From Candidatus Iainarchaeum sp. (GTDB lineage Archaea > Nanobdellota > Nanobdellia > Pacearchaeales > GW2011-AR1), in the NCBI GenBank assembly GCA_043815085.1, contig JBDRJG010000005.1:1-45608 (forward strand): DNA of 45,608 bases. Reading direction: 5' to 3'. Of this stretch, positions 18,288 through 28,186 are shown piece by piece (position 1 is the first letter of the stretch; the number at the start of each line of letters is the position of its first letter). The translations under genes were made by a program, and so were the position numbers. Below the pieces are notes generated by a model that was not told the origin of the DNA, did no database searches, and worked only from the letters and a program-made list of their open reading frames with translations.

Positions 18288-19571
18288 TCACTTCTTTTTT
18301 ACAATCTCAGCGCAGAAACCAGCAGCAACTGTTATTCCTGCGTCTCTTATAGCAAACTTTGACATATATGGGTTTTCTTTCTGAGTCTCTAAAGCTAAAG
18401 CTCCCTGTGGTCTAATTTTTACTTTAGCAGAGTCCCCATTTTTCAAGAAATCAGGATGTTCTTTTATAACTTCACCTGTTCTTGGATCAATCTGAGAAAT
18501 TAATTCTGTAAACTGGCAAGGAACTTGTGCAGTATGAACATGAAATACAGGGGTATATCCTTTAGCTAAAACAGTTGGATGATTGATTACTGTAATTGTC
18601 GCAATAAATTCCTCTACAATTGATATTGGATAAGCAGCGTCGCAGATAACATCCCCTCTTGCAATATCTTTCTTCCCCAATCCTCGAATGTTGACCCCAA
18701 CATTATCTCCGGCAAGAGCTTCAGAATGAGATTCATGATGCATTTCAATTGTTTTTACTTCTCCTTGAACTCCTTCTCCAGTTCTTCCAGGTATGATTTT
18801 GACTTTTTGCCCGACTTTCATAATTCCAGTTTCAATTTTCCCAACTGGAACAGTTCCAATTCCCGTAATTTCATAAACATCTTGAACAGGCATTCTCATT
18901 GGTAAATTTGTAGGCAATTCAGGGGCAGGGAATAAATCAAGTTGTTCCATTAAAGTAGGCCCCTTGTACCAAGGCATATTTGTTGATTTTTTGAATATAT
19001 TGTCTCCTTTTAATCCAGAAGCTGCAACAAAAACAGTATTTTCTGGCTTGATTCCAACCCCTTGCAGTAATTTTCCTATATCTTCTTTAACTTTGTTGAA
19101 TTTAGCTTCATCATATCCTAAAGCATCCATCTTATTTATTATAATAGCAATATTTTTGACACCCATAGTTCTCAAAAGCCATAGATGTTCAGTTGTTTGC
19201 AGTTGAACTCCAGCGGGAGCAGCAATAACTAAAAATGCAGCATCTGCTTGTGAAGCACCAGTAATCATGTTTTTAACAAAATCTTTATGTCCAGGAGCAT
19301 CAATTATTGTAATTTGAAATTTATTAGTCATAATTTTTCTATAAGCTAAATCAATTGTAACTCCTCTTTCTCTTGATTCTCGAATTTGATCCATAATATA
19401 AGCGAATTCAAAACCAGCTTTTCCATGCTTTTCAGCTTCAGCTTTTAATTTTGTCATTTCTTGTTCTGAAACTATTCCACTGTCGAACATTAATCTGCCC
19501 ACGCAAGTAGACTTGCCAGCGTCGACGTGCCCTACGAACACAACATTCATGTTTGGTTTTTCTTTAGCCAT
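18288..19571 (-). CDS. tuf: Translation elongation factor EF-1 alpha
   Basis: GHVDAGKST, ERGVTID, DAPGHKDFVKNMITGASQAD, NKMD. Confidence 0.98.
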   Translation of the reverse strand: MAKEKPNMNVVFVGHVDAGKSTCVGRLMFDSGIVSEQEMTKLKAEAEKHGKAGFEFAYIMDQIRESRERGVTIDLAYRKIMTNKFQITIIDAPGHKDFVKNMITGASQADAAFLVIAAPAGVQLQTTEHLWLLRTMGVKNIAIIINKMDALGYDEAKFNKVKEDIGKLLQGVGIKPENTVFVAASGLKGDNIFKKSTNMPWYKGPTLMEQLDLFPAPELPTNLPMRMPVQDVYEITGIGTVPVGKIETGIMKVGQKVKIIPGRTGEGVQGEVKTIEMHHESHSEALAGDNVGVNIRGLGKKDIARGDVICDAAYPISIVEEFIATITVINHPTVLAKGYTPVFHVHTAQVPCQFTELISQIDPRTGEVIKEHPDFLKNGDSAKVKIRPQGALALETQKENPYMSKFAIRDAGITVAAGFCAEIVKKK

Positions 19572-19748
19572 TTTTTATTTCCTTAGTTTAAAATGGATAG
19601 AAATCGTTAGATTTCTTTAGCCATAGTTTAACTTAAAAAAAGTGGATTTATAAACTTTTTGCTTTATTTTTTGAGATCTTTTCCTGTAATTTTATCATTT
19701 TTTATCATTTATCATCGGGATAATCTGACTAGGAATTAAAATTAAATA

Positions 19749-20054
19749 TTAAATGCAATTTTGGATTGACGCTTCATATGCTGTTTTCTTTTCCGAAACA
19801 CTTAAAATTATTCTTTGTTCATATTTTCCTGTATTTACATTAATATGATAGTTTCTTGATTTTTCATCATATCCAATAATCTTTATACCAGAACCATTGT
19901 TTGAATTTCTATGATTCCCGAAATCAATGTGTTTAACAAAATCTAATCTTTCAAGTTTTTCAATAATTGAACAAATCTCTTTTGGAACATGATTCTTTTT
20001 TCCACATTTCTTTCCGTGAATGTTTTTTACCTCTTTTGATTTTATTTTTGACAT
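19749..20054 (-). CDS. Hypothetical protein
   Basis: 101-aa basic ORF. Confidence 0.55.
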   Translation of the reverse strand: MSKIKSKEVKNIHGKKCGKKNHVPKEICSIIEKLERLDFVKHIDFGNHRNSNNGSGIKIIGYDEKSRNYHINVNTGKYEQRIILSVSEKKTAYEASIQNCI

Positions 20055-20108
20055 TTTTGTTTCAAAATTATATACTTTAAAAAAATTGTGGTGTTAATTA
20101 GTTCATTT

Positions 20109-20387
20109 TTAAAGTTCTTCATATTGGACAGTTTTTTCTAATCGGTCCCCGCTTTTCTTCTCTTCTTTTTTTTCTATAAAATTTTTAATATAATTAACAG
20201 GATTCCATTCTTTAGTTACAATTCCTGTTCCAAGATATGTTATCTTTATTATAAATGGAATAGCATAAACACTGAATCCGATGGTTCCCAAAATACTTCT
20301 TTTACTTTTTGGTTTTTTAAACTCCCTGTAAACTCCGACACCAGGAACTACATACCCTGCGTAGTAAATAGCTTTTTTCCAATTCAT
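20109..20387 (-). CDS. Small hypothetical membrane protein
   Basis: Hydrophobic segments, GAGGA SD, TTTATAAA upstream. Confidence 0.6.
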   Translation of the reverse strand: MNWKKAIYYAGYVVPGVGVYREFKKPKSKRSILGTIGFSVYAIPFIIKITYLGTGIVTKEWNPVNYIKNFIEKKEEKKSGDRLEKTVQYEEL

Positions 20388-20422
20388 AAGTCCTCAAAGA
20401 GAAAAATTGTTTATAAATTTAA

Positions 20423-22621
20423 TTATTGATTCTCAGCCAATCCCTTTCTATCCCTTATCTTTCTTATAACATCATCTTGCAATGATGCTGGAATCTTCTC
20501 AAACTGCTGGTCCATTAATGATGATGTTCCACGTCCTTCTGTCGCTGAGCGCAAATCACTGCTCCATCCAATCATTTCTGCAACAGGAATCTTTGCTTTT
20601 ATTTGTGCCAACCCCATTTCTTGTGTCATGTCAAGTAGTTGTCCTCTCTTTCCCCCAATAAGTTTTGTAGCAGCGCCCATAAAATTCTCTGGAACTTCTA
20701 CCAAGTGAACTTGCAGAGGTTCAAGCATTGTAGCATTTGCACCTCTCATTGCTTCGGTTATAGCCTCTCTGACAGCAGGATAAACTTGTGCAGGCCCTCT
20801 ATGGATGGCATCCTCATGCAGCCTTATATCCTCCAAAATAACTTTCATTTTCATGCATGGCTCTCTTGCTAAAGGCCCCTGATCCATAACCATTTCAAAT
20901 GCATCCAAAACCATTTCAATTACTTCTCCAATATGAACTTCCCCCCTTGTTTCATCAAAGAACATATTTCCTTTGTAAATATCTTTGACATTTCTTATTT
21001 CATCACTTCCCCAACCCTTATTTGAGAGAACATTTGTAACTGTTTCACTTTTTTTCTTGATTCTTCCTTCAGGAAGCTCCCCTTTTTCTATTAATTCATC
21101 TAATTCTGGGCTTAAAGGTTCAACTTTCATGAAAAAACTATTGTGCTTGTTTGGACTTCTTCCTTCAAATGCCTGTCCTGAAGATTTTCCAACTGACTCC
21201 CTATAAACAACAATTGGATTTGAAGTCTTTACTTCTAGGCCTTTTTCAGTTTTAATTCTGTTTTCAATAATTTCGAGATGCAATTCCCCCATTCCTGAAA
21301 TTAAACTTTCTCCAGTCTCTTCATTTATTGTGACTTTTATAGAAGGGTCTTCTTTTGAAACTTTTTTCAATATATCAATAAGTTTTGGCAGGTCTGCAGT
21401 TTTAACAACTTCAATTGATTTTGTAATAACTGGCTGGAATATGTGCCTTATTTCTTCAAATGAAGTTTCTTCTTTTTCTGTAATCGTCTCTCCAACATCC
21501 AGATTCAATCCACTAACAGCAAGGACATTTCCTGCAGGAACACTTTCCAATTGTTCTGGTTTTATTCCATTATAAATAAGAACCTGTTGTATCTTCCCCG
21601 GGCTTTTCGCATTATTTGCATAAACATTCATTCCGCTTTTTATTGTTCCTGAATATATTCTTCCTGCTGAAATCTCTTTTCCAGAACGAGGGTCAATTAC
21701 AATTCTTGTTATAATAAATGCTAATTCTCCTTTCTTGTTGCAGTTCATTAAATCTTTTCCAAATTGACTTTCTAAGTCTCCTTTCCATATTTTTGGTATT
21801 CTGTATTTTTGCGCATCTATAGGATTGGGAAGATGTTTAACAGCCATATCAAGAATAACTTCATAGAGAGGAGCATTTGCCCAAACCCATTTATCTCTCT
21901 CTTCCGGGGACATAGTTCCATCATATAATTTATATATATCTTTGAAACTTATTTTCTTTTTTTTCATAAATGGAATAGAAAGTGCCCAGTTTTCTCTCGC
22001 AGAACCAAATGTAACACTTCCGTCTGAAACACTTACCTTGAATTGTTTTGCAAATTCTTTTTCAGCAATCTGATCAATTAAATGATTAAATCTTTCAATT
22101 ATTTTTTTAAATCTTTCCTGCATTTGTTCAGGAGTTACCTGCAGTTCGTTTATTAATCTGTCAACTTTATTTATGAATAAAACTGGCTTTACTCTTTCTT
22201 TAAGAGCCTGTCTTAAAACTGTTTCAGTTTGAGGCATTATTCCCTCAACTGCACATACAAGAACGAAAGTCCCATCAATTGCTCTCATTGCTCTTGTAAC
22301 ATTTCCACCAAAATCAACATGTCCGGGGGTGTCAATTAAATTAATCAAATACTCTTCCCCTTGAAAATTGTGAACCATAGAAACATTTGCAGCGTCGACA
22401 GTAAGCAATCTTTCCTGCTCGTCAGAATGCTGCCATGTAGCCATTCCTTCTTCCAAATCTCCTGCATTCTTAGAAGCCATCATTCCTGCTGCAGCGAGCA
22501 AATTGTCTGTAAATGCAGTCTTACCGTGATGAATGTGCGCGCTCGTCGCTACATTTCTTATGTTTTCCTGTTTTGAAATTAAACGTTTAATTTTTTCTAA
22601 ACTTGTTTCTTTGTCTGCCAT
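20423..22621 (-). CDS. fusA: Translation elongation factor EF-2
   Basis: DTPGHVDF, NKVDR, GMGELHLE, diphthamide loop LHEDAIHRG. Confidence 0.98.
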   Translation of the reverse strand: MADKETSLEKIKRLISKQENIRNVATSAHIHHGKTAFTDNLLAAAGMMASKNAGDLEEGMATWQHSDEQERLLTVDAANVSMVHNFQGEEYLINLIDTPGHVDFGGNVTRAMRAIDGTFVLVCAVEGIMPQTETVLRQALKERVKPVLFINKVDRLINELQVTPEQMQERFKKIIERFNHLIDQIAEKEFAKQFKVSVSDGSVTFGSARENWALSIPFMKKKKISFKDIYKLYDGTMSPEERDKWVWANAPLYEVILDMAVKHLPNPIDAQKYRIPKIWKGDLESQFGKDLMNCNKKGELAFIITRIVIDPRSGKEISAGRIYSGTIKSGMNVYANNAKSPGKIQQVLIYNGIKPEQLESVPAGNVLAVSGLNLDVGETITEKEETSFEEIRHIFQPVITKSIEVVKTADLPKLIDILKKVSKEDPSIKVTINEETGESLISGMGELHLEIIENRIKTEKGLEVKTSNPIVVYRESVGKSSGQAFEGRSPNKHNSFFMKVEPLSPELDELIEKGELPEGRIKKKSETVTNVLSNKGWGSDEIRNVKDIYKGNMFFDETRGEVHIGEVIEMVLDAFEMVMDQGPLAREPCMKMKVILEDIRLHEDAIHRGPAQVYPAVREAITEAMRGANATMLEPLQVHLVEVPENFMGAATKLIGGKRGQLLDMTQEMGLAQIKAKIPVAEMIGWSSDLRSATEGRGTSSLMDQQFEKIPASLQDDVIRKIRDRKGLAENQ

Positions 22622-22635
22622 TTTGTATTTTTTGT

Positions 22636-23238
22636 TTATCTCGCACTATCAGCTTGTGCCTCGCTTTCTTTCTTTTTTCTTATCGCAAGGCTTTCACCAT
22701 TTTTGTCAGCAGCCATAATTATCTCTTCTGCTAAAGTTTGAGTTATTGTCTTTTTTTTATTAAATGCTTTGTCTGAAGCTCCGTGAATCAGATGTTTCAG
22801 AGACAAATTTACTCTTCTTATTGGTGAGACATCAACTGCCTGCGGATATCTTGCACCACCATATTCAATTACAGTGATTTCATCTCTTGGAGCAGCATTT
22901 TCAATTGCATCCACCAAAACTTGAACAGGATTTTTCCCTGTTTTCTTTTCCACAATTTCAAGAACATCCAAAATAATTTTCATATTTTTTGTATACTTTC
23001 CTGTTGCTCTTCCTTTCTCAATCTTGTGTTTTTTCCCTCGATGTCCGCCAACAGCAAGCCTATTCATCAATCTTTCAACAAGATTAACTTTTGTCTGCCC
23101 GAGTTTAACAACATTTCTTCCCTGGCTTTTCAATATTAATTTTGGCTTGAGGTTTATCACTTGTTTTAATCCAGGATCTTTAACCTCTATTTTGGATAAA
23201 TCATATTTGTCAAATATTTTGAAATTTTGTTCTGTCAT
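22636..23238 (-). CDS. rps7: 30S ribosomal protein S7
   Basis: NPVQVLVDAIENAAPRDE, YGGARYPQAVDVSP. Confidence 0.97.
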   Translation of the reverse strand: MTEQNFKIFDKYDLSKIEVKDPGLKQVINLKPKLILKSQGRNVVKLGQTKVNLVERLMNRLAVGGHRGKKHKIEKGRATGKYTKNMKIILDVLEIVEKKTGKNPVQVLVDAIENAAPRDEITVIEYGGARYPQAVDVSPIRRVNLSLKHLIHGASDKAFNKKKTITQTLAEEIIMAADKNGESLAIRKKKESEAQADSAR

Positions 23239-23239
23239 T

Positions 23240-23452
23240 TTAATTTTTCTTTGTTAATTTCTCAAGTTTATTAATAGATTTACCAAATTCATCAATTTTT
23301 ATTTGTAATTCTTCTGTTTTTGGGATAAAATAATTGTTAGGCCAATTATTAAATCTTTTAAGGGTCTTTTTCTTTTGTAAATTAAAATATATGTTTACCC
23401 CTACACCCACCAATGCAATCCCCCCCATAGCAATTAATTGATATTCATCCAT
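23240..23452 (-). CDS. Small hypothetical membrane protein within the rps12-rps7 operon
   Basis: N-terminal TM; 1-bp gaps to both neighbours. Confidence 0.6.
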   Translation of the reverse strand: MDEYQLIAMGGIALVGVGVNIYFNLQKKKTLKRFNNWPNNYFIPKTEELQIKIDEFGKSINKLEKLTKKN

Positions 23453-23453
23453 T

Positions 23454-23738
23454 TTATTTTGTTAACTCCTCTAATTTTGAAATAATCTCTGGATGATCTG
23501 TTTCAACAAAAATTTTAACTTTATTATCAAATTGCATTAAATTATTTTCTTTCTTGCAAACAAAAGAATTCAATGAAACTATTACTCTTCCACCAAAATC
23601 AGATAATTCATCCTTAGGAGTATAAAAGATACTTGGGATTTCTGAACTATTTTTTGCACCTGCCCCATAGGTCTCCAATAGATATTTTGAAACTTTTGAA
23701 TTAAATTGTTCAAGACTACACAGATATTCTCGTTTCAT
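23454..23738 (-). CDS. Hypothetical protein within the rps12-rps7 operon
   Basis: ATG overlaps the rps12 stop (TAATG). Confidence 0.6.
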   Translation of the reverse strand: MKREYLCSLEQFNSKVSKYLLETYGAGAKNSSEIPSIFYTPKDELSDFGGRVIVSLNSFVCKKENNLMQFDNKVKIFVETDHPEIISKLEELTK

Positions 23739-24160
23739 TATCGTCTACCCTTCTGTATTCTTCCAAGCCATAATCTGTCGAGAGGCTGGTCATTTACTTT
23801 TATAACTTTATATCTAACACCCGGAATATCTCCTTTAGAACGCCCCTGTTTTCCACCTATTCTTTCAATCATAACCTCGTCGTGTTCATCTATAAATCTC
23901 TGTGCCAGATTTCCTGGAATAAATGCAGTAACACTTCGTCCGTTTTTTGTTAGCTGAACTTTGCAGCATTTTCTCATCGCTGAGTTTGGCTGTTTAGCTT
24001 CTTTTTGAATTTTTGAAAGAACAATTCCTTTGGCTTGATTTGCACCCCCCAAAGGATCTGATTTAGCATAAAGACCTAAAGTTCTAACTTTGTATTTTCT
24101 ATCTTTCCATTGAAATTTTTTTCTGTCTTTTATTTTTTTGAAAGCACTCTTTAATCCCAT
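23738..24160 (-). CDS. rps12: 30S ribosomal protein S12
   Basis: [22 protein letters not shown]. Confidence 0.97.
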   Translation of the reverse strand: MGLKSAFKKIKDRKKFQWKDRKYKVRTLGLYAKSDPLGGANQAKGIVLSKIQKEAKQPNSAMRKCCKVQLTKNGRSVTAFIPGNLAQRFIDEHDEVMIERIGGKQGRSKGDIPGVRYKVIKVNDQPLDRLWLGRIQKGRR

Positions 24161-24205
24161 TGTGAATATAAATTAATTAGAAAATTAGTTTTTAAAGGTT
24201 TTTAT

Positions 24206-24622
24206 TCAAACAATCCTAAAATCCCTCTTGAAAAAATCTTTCACTATGCTCCGCATTTCAATAACTCTTCTTCGATTTCTTCCAATAAGTGCAGCTTTAC
24301 TTTGCATTCCCGCTGTTAGAACTATTTCATTTGGAAAAATCTCTAGACTTTTGAAAGTTACAGGACTAACTACTGCTTCAATAAATAATTTTATGTCTTT
24401 AACCTCTTTTGGAAAAGGAACTACTTTTATTCTCTTTTTAAGAATTTCACTCATTCTTCTAATATTTCTTGCGTCTGGCCCAAGGGATTTTGAAATTAAA
24501 TTTCTTGGAACAGAAAAAATTATTGCATTATTATACTGAAAACAATAACGGGTGATCACGCCTGTTATTCTTTCGAAGAGATCTAGATATCTTAAATCCT
24601 GCATATTAAGTGTATTTACCAT
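24206..24622 (-). CDS. nusA: Archaeal NusA-like KH-domain factor
   Basis: Two KH domains (LIGRNRRRV); conserved position between rpoA and rps12. Confidence 0.88.
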   Translation of the reverse strand: MVNTLNMQDLRYLDLFERITGVITRYCFQYNNAIIFSVPRNLISKSLGPDARNIRRMSEILKKRIKVVPFPKEVKDIKLFIEAVVSPVTFKSLEIFPNEIVLTAGMQSKAALIGRNRRRVIEMRSIVKDFFKRDFRIV

Positions 24623-24668
24623 TTTTTATTATTGAGTTTTTAGAGGGTTTTGTTTTATAAATTTATTG

Positions 24669-27600
24669 TTATTTATTCACATTTTCAACAATTTTAGAAT
24701 CAGCTGTTTTCTTTTCAGATTCTTTTTTTGTCAAAGGTCCGATAACTTTGACGAGCAAACCAGGCAATCCTGTTCCAACAGGAACTGGTTGATTCAGAAT
24801 TATATTTTCAATGACACTCAATAATTTATCTTCGCTTCCTTTCACAGTTGCTTTCACAAACTGAGTAACAGGAGTCTCGAAGGTTGCCCTCGCCAATATA
24901 GAAGACTTTTGCGCAATAATCCCCATTCTCGTAACCCCTTTTATTTCTCCTGAATTTGTCATGGCATCAGTGACGAGTTTAAGATGCCTTATATCAATAT
25001 CTAATCCCTGTGTCTTAAGAACTTCTTTTATTTCGTTTATTAGCAATCCCCTTGCAACCTCAATTCCAAATATTTCAGCAACTTCATAAAAGTCATTGGA
25101 AATTGTTTTATCTTTATTTACTTCCTTTAATTTTATAATCTCTTTCAAATTGGTTCCAAGACTCATAATTATAAAGTTCTTGTCTCTCTTAACAACCAAA
25201 ATCTGCTCAATTCCTTTTATTCCTGAAATAGTCACTTCTTTTAATTTTTCTTTGAGTTTGTAAAGTTCCTTGAATCCAATTTCGCCAGCATTTAATACTA
25301 TTGAATCTTGTTTTTCTTTAAGATGAAACCCTAATTCGTGCAATTTTTCTATAATTCTCTTTATTGTTGTATGAGTTTGCCTCAATCCTTCTTTGTCGAT
25401 TTTTATTTCAATTTTCTTATCGCTGAAGTCCAGAATAATCTCAGAAGATATTTCCTTTAATTTAACTTCTTTAATTTTTTCAGCAAGAATTTTTGATCCC
25501 TTTTCAGCATTCCATTCTTTGTTAAGATGAATTTCCATCTTTGGAGAAGAAGGTTTTTTTCTTGCATCAAAAATTTCTATAAGTCTTGGAAGTCCCTGTG
25601 TAACCTGCATTTCTGCAACACCCGCCATATGGAATGTTCTTAAAACCATTTGTGTAGAAGCTTCTCCAAAAGATTGTGCTGTTACAATTCCAATTGCCTC
25701 CCCAGAATCTAATTTCTCTTTTAGATGAAGTCTTGTAACATCCAGTCCGTCATCTCCGTATTTGAATTCTATTATGTTATTGTTGCTGTCTCTTACTGTC
25801 TCATCGTATTCAACTCTTAAGTCTTGAAGAGCATTTGCAAGTCTTCTATATAAATAACCAGATTTTGGGGTTCTTAATCCAGTATCCATAAGAGAATCTC
25901 TTCCTGTTACTGCTTGAAAGAAGAATTCATCTGGCCTTAATCCTCTTATGAATGAACTTCTTATGAATCCTCTCGCTTTCGGAGATAAATCTCCTTTTTT
26001 GAAGAAGGGCAATGTTCTTTCATTGTATCCAAAATCAATTCTTTTGTTTCCCATTGCTTGTTGTCCGACACATGAAGCTATTTGAGTAATATTCAGAATA
26101 TTTCCTCCGCCTCCAGATTTAATCATGCTGTTTACAGGATTATTTTTTGGGAATTCTCTCTTTACAATCTCTCCGATTTTTGTTCTTACTTCATTTAAGG
26201 TCTGAAGAATTCTTATCTCTCTGGATTCTTCTTTTGTCTTTCCTGGAATCAGTTCAAAAGAGGAACTGTTGTAAGATTCAATTATCTCCTCTGCTCTTTT
26301 CTGCGCTCTTTCAATAACTTCTCCGCATTCTTTAAGAATATTTTCATTTAAATCCAAATCATTCACAGAAATTGTTATTCCTCTATCTGTGAGATAATTT
26401 TTTCCTAAATCAAACGCCTTCTTAATTATTTTGAAAGTCTCTTCTCTTCCAATAACTTTGTCAAGAACCTTGATTAAGTCCCCATCTTCTACTCCAAGAA
26501 CAGTTTTGTCAATGATTCCTTTTGTCACCTCCCCATCTTTTATAGTGATAGAATCATTGGAGAAACTAACATTATTTGGAAATATCTTTGAAAAAATTTC
26601 CTTTCCAGAAACCACTTTTTTAGAAAAATGCCCGTCTATATTTGAATTAAATAAAAGCTGATTTGCATAATCTGAAGTAAATTCTTCAAGCCCTAAAAGG
26701 TAATTTCCTGTTATTGAATCACTTATGCATCCAACAAGATTAGTGTTATTTTTTGGAGAAATCAAATTTCTTTTTACATCCAGCAATATTTTTGCTTCAG
26801 CTCTCGCCTCTTCATTTTGAGGAGAGTGAATATTCATTTCATCACCATCAAAGTCAGCATTGTATGGAGTTGCAGCAGCAGGATGCAATCTAAATGTTCT
26901 TCCTGGAAGAACTTTTACAAAGTGAGCCATTAAGCTTCCTCTGTGCAGGCTCGGATGCCTGTTGAATAAAACAATATCTCCATCCTGTAAATGTCTTTCA
27001 ACTTGATATCCAGCAGTAAGTTCATTTATGATTTCTTCTTTTAAGTCAATGGAAATCTTTTTTCTTTTTCCATCAGATCTTATGACATAACTCGCACCAG
27101 GATATTCCTCCCCTTTTTCAATTAATTTTTTCAATTTTTCTATATTCAAATCATTCACAGTTTCAGCAACTGTAACAACTTTTGCAATTTCCAAAGGTAT
27201 CCCGACTTCATTTATATTAATGAACGGATCAGGCGAAATCACTGTTCTTCCTGAATAATTTACTCTCTTTCCCGCAATATTTTTTCTTATTCTTCCTTCT
27301 TTACCTTTTATTCTTTCTGTAATTGTTTTTAACGGCTGCCCGCTTCTGTGTCTTGCAGGAGGAACTCGGGTTATAGTATTATCGAAGAAAGTTGTAATGT
27401 GATATTGTAATAAGTCCCATAAATCCTCTATAATAACTTCCGGAGCACCTGCATTCAGATTTTCCCACAATCTTTGATTAGCTCTTATAATATCAGAAAG
27501 TTTATGTGTTAAATCATCTTCAGAACGCTCTCCTGTTTCAAGAATAATTGAGGGCCTAACAGTTACCGGAGGAACTAAAAGCGAAGTAAGAACAGCCCAT

Positions 27601-28160
27601 TCTGGCCTGCATGTAGAAGGATTAACTGCAATCTTTCTTAATTCATCGTCGGGAATTTTCACCAGCATTTCTCTTATTTCTATAGGGAATATTCTTATCT
27701 TTCCCTTATAGAAAGTTGTTGGTTTGTCCAGTTTTACTCTTTCTTGAACAGCTTGGCAATGAGGGCATTTCTTAGTATCTTTTGCTTTCTTCGCCCTCTG
27801 AGTTGAAGTGTATTTGTCCAAATCTTTATCAGAAATCATTAACTTTCCACATTCTTGGCAGAAACATCTCAAACTCATTTCAATTAGGGGAACATATTTT
27901 AGATGAATAATTGATCTTGCCAAATCAATGCTTCCTGGATGTCCTAGACACTCTTTTATTCTCCCTCCACAGGTTCTGCATCTTACCCCCGGATCAACTG
28001 CACCAAGCCTCAAATCCATCAAACCTCCGTCGACAGGATATCCATCTATGTCATAAAGTTCTGGTGTGACTATTTTTGCACATGAGACTTTTTTAATTTG
28101 CTCAGGGTTGAGCAAACCAAATCTTATTTCTCCTATTTTTTTCTTTACGAATTTTCTCAT
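24669..28160 (-). CDS. rpoA1: RNA polymerase subunit A, A' and A'' fused
   Basis: NADFDGD, zinc-finger Cys residues, AQSFGEASTQM..GLPRLIE and ARATFET in one ORF. Confidence 0.96.
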   Translation of the reverse strand: MRKFVKKKIGEIRFGLLNPEQIKKVSCAKIVTPELYDIDGYPVDGGLMDLRLGAVDPGVRCRTCGGRIKECLGHPGSIDLARSIIHLKYVPLIEMSLRCFCQECGKLMISDKDLDKYTSTQRAKKAKDTKKCPHCQAVQERVKLDKPTTFYKGKIRIFPIEIREMLVKIPDDELRKIAVNPSTCRPEWAVLTSLLVPPVTVRPSIILETGERSEDDLTHKLSDIIRANQRLWENLNAGAPEVIIEDLWDLLQYHITTFFDNTITRVPPARHRSGQPLKTITERIKGKEGRIRKNIAGKRVNYSGRTVISPDPFININEVGIPLEIAKVVTVAETVNDLNIEKLKKLIEKGEEYPGASYVIRSDGKRKKISIDLKEEIINELTAGYQVERHLQDGDIVLFNRHPSLHRGSLMAHFVKVLPGRTFRLHPAAATPYNADFDGDEMNIHSPQNEEARAEAKILLDVKRNLISPKNNTNLVGCISDSITGNYLLGLEEFTSDYANQLLFNSNIDGHFSKKVVSGKEIFSKIFPNNVSFSNDSITIKDGEVTKGIIDKTVLGVEDGDLIKVLDKVIGREETFKIIKKAFDLGKNYLTDRGITISVNDLDLNENILKECGEVIERAQKRAEEIIESYNSSSFELIPGKTKEESREIRILQTLNEVRTKIGEIVKREFPKNNPVNSMIKSGGGGNILNITQIASCVGQQAMGNKRIDFGYNERTLPFFKKGDLSPKARGFIRSSFIRGLRPDEFFFQAVTGRDSLMDTGLRTPKSGYLYRRLANALQDLRVEYDETVRDSNNNIIEFKYGDDGLDVTRLHLKEKLDSGEAIGIVTAQSFGEASTQMVLRTFHMAGVAEMQVTQGLPRLIEIFDARKKPSSPKMEIHLNKEWNAEKGSKILAEKIKEVKLKEISSEIILDFSDKKIEIKIDKEGLRQTHTTIKRIIEKLHELGFHLKEKQDSIVLNAGEIGFKELYKLKEKLKEVTISGIKGIEQILVVKRDKNFIIMSLGTNLKEIIKLKEVNKDKTISNDFYEVAEIFGIEVARGLLINEIKEVLKTQGLDIDIRHLKLVTDAMTNSGEIKGVTRMGIIAQKSSILARATFETPVTQFVKATVKGSEDKLLSVIENIILNQPVPVGTGLPGLLVKVIGPLTKKESEKKTADSKIVENVNK

Positions 28161-28186
28161 TTTATGATGTTTTTTCGTTTGACATT

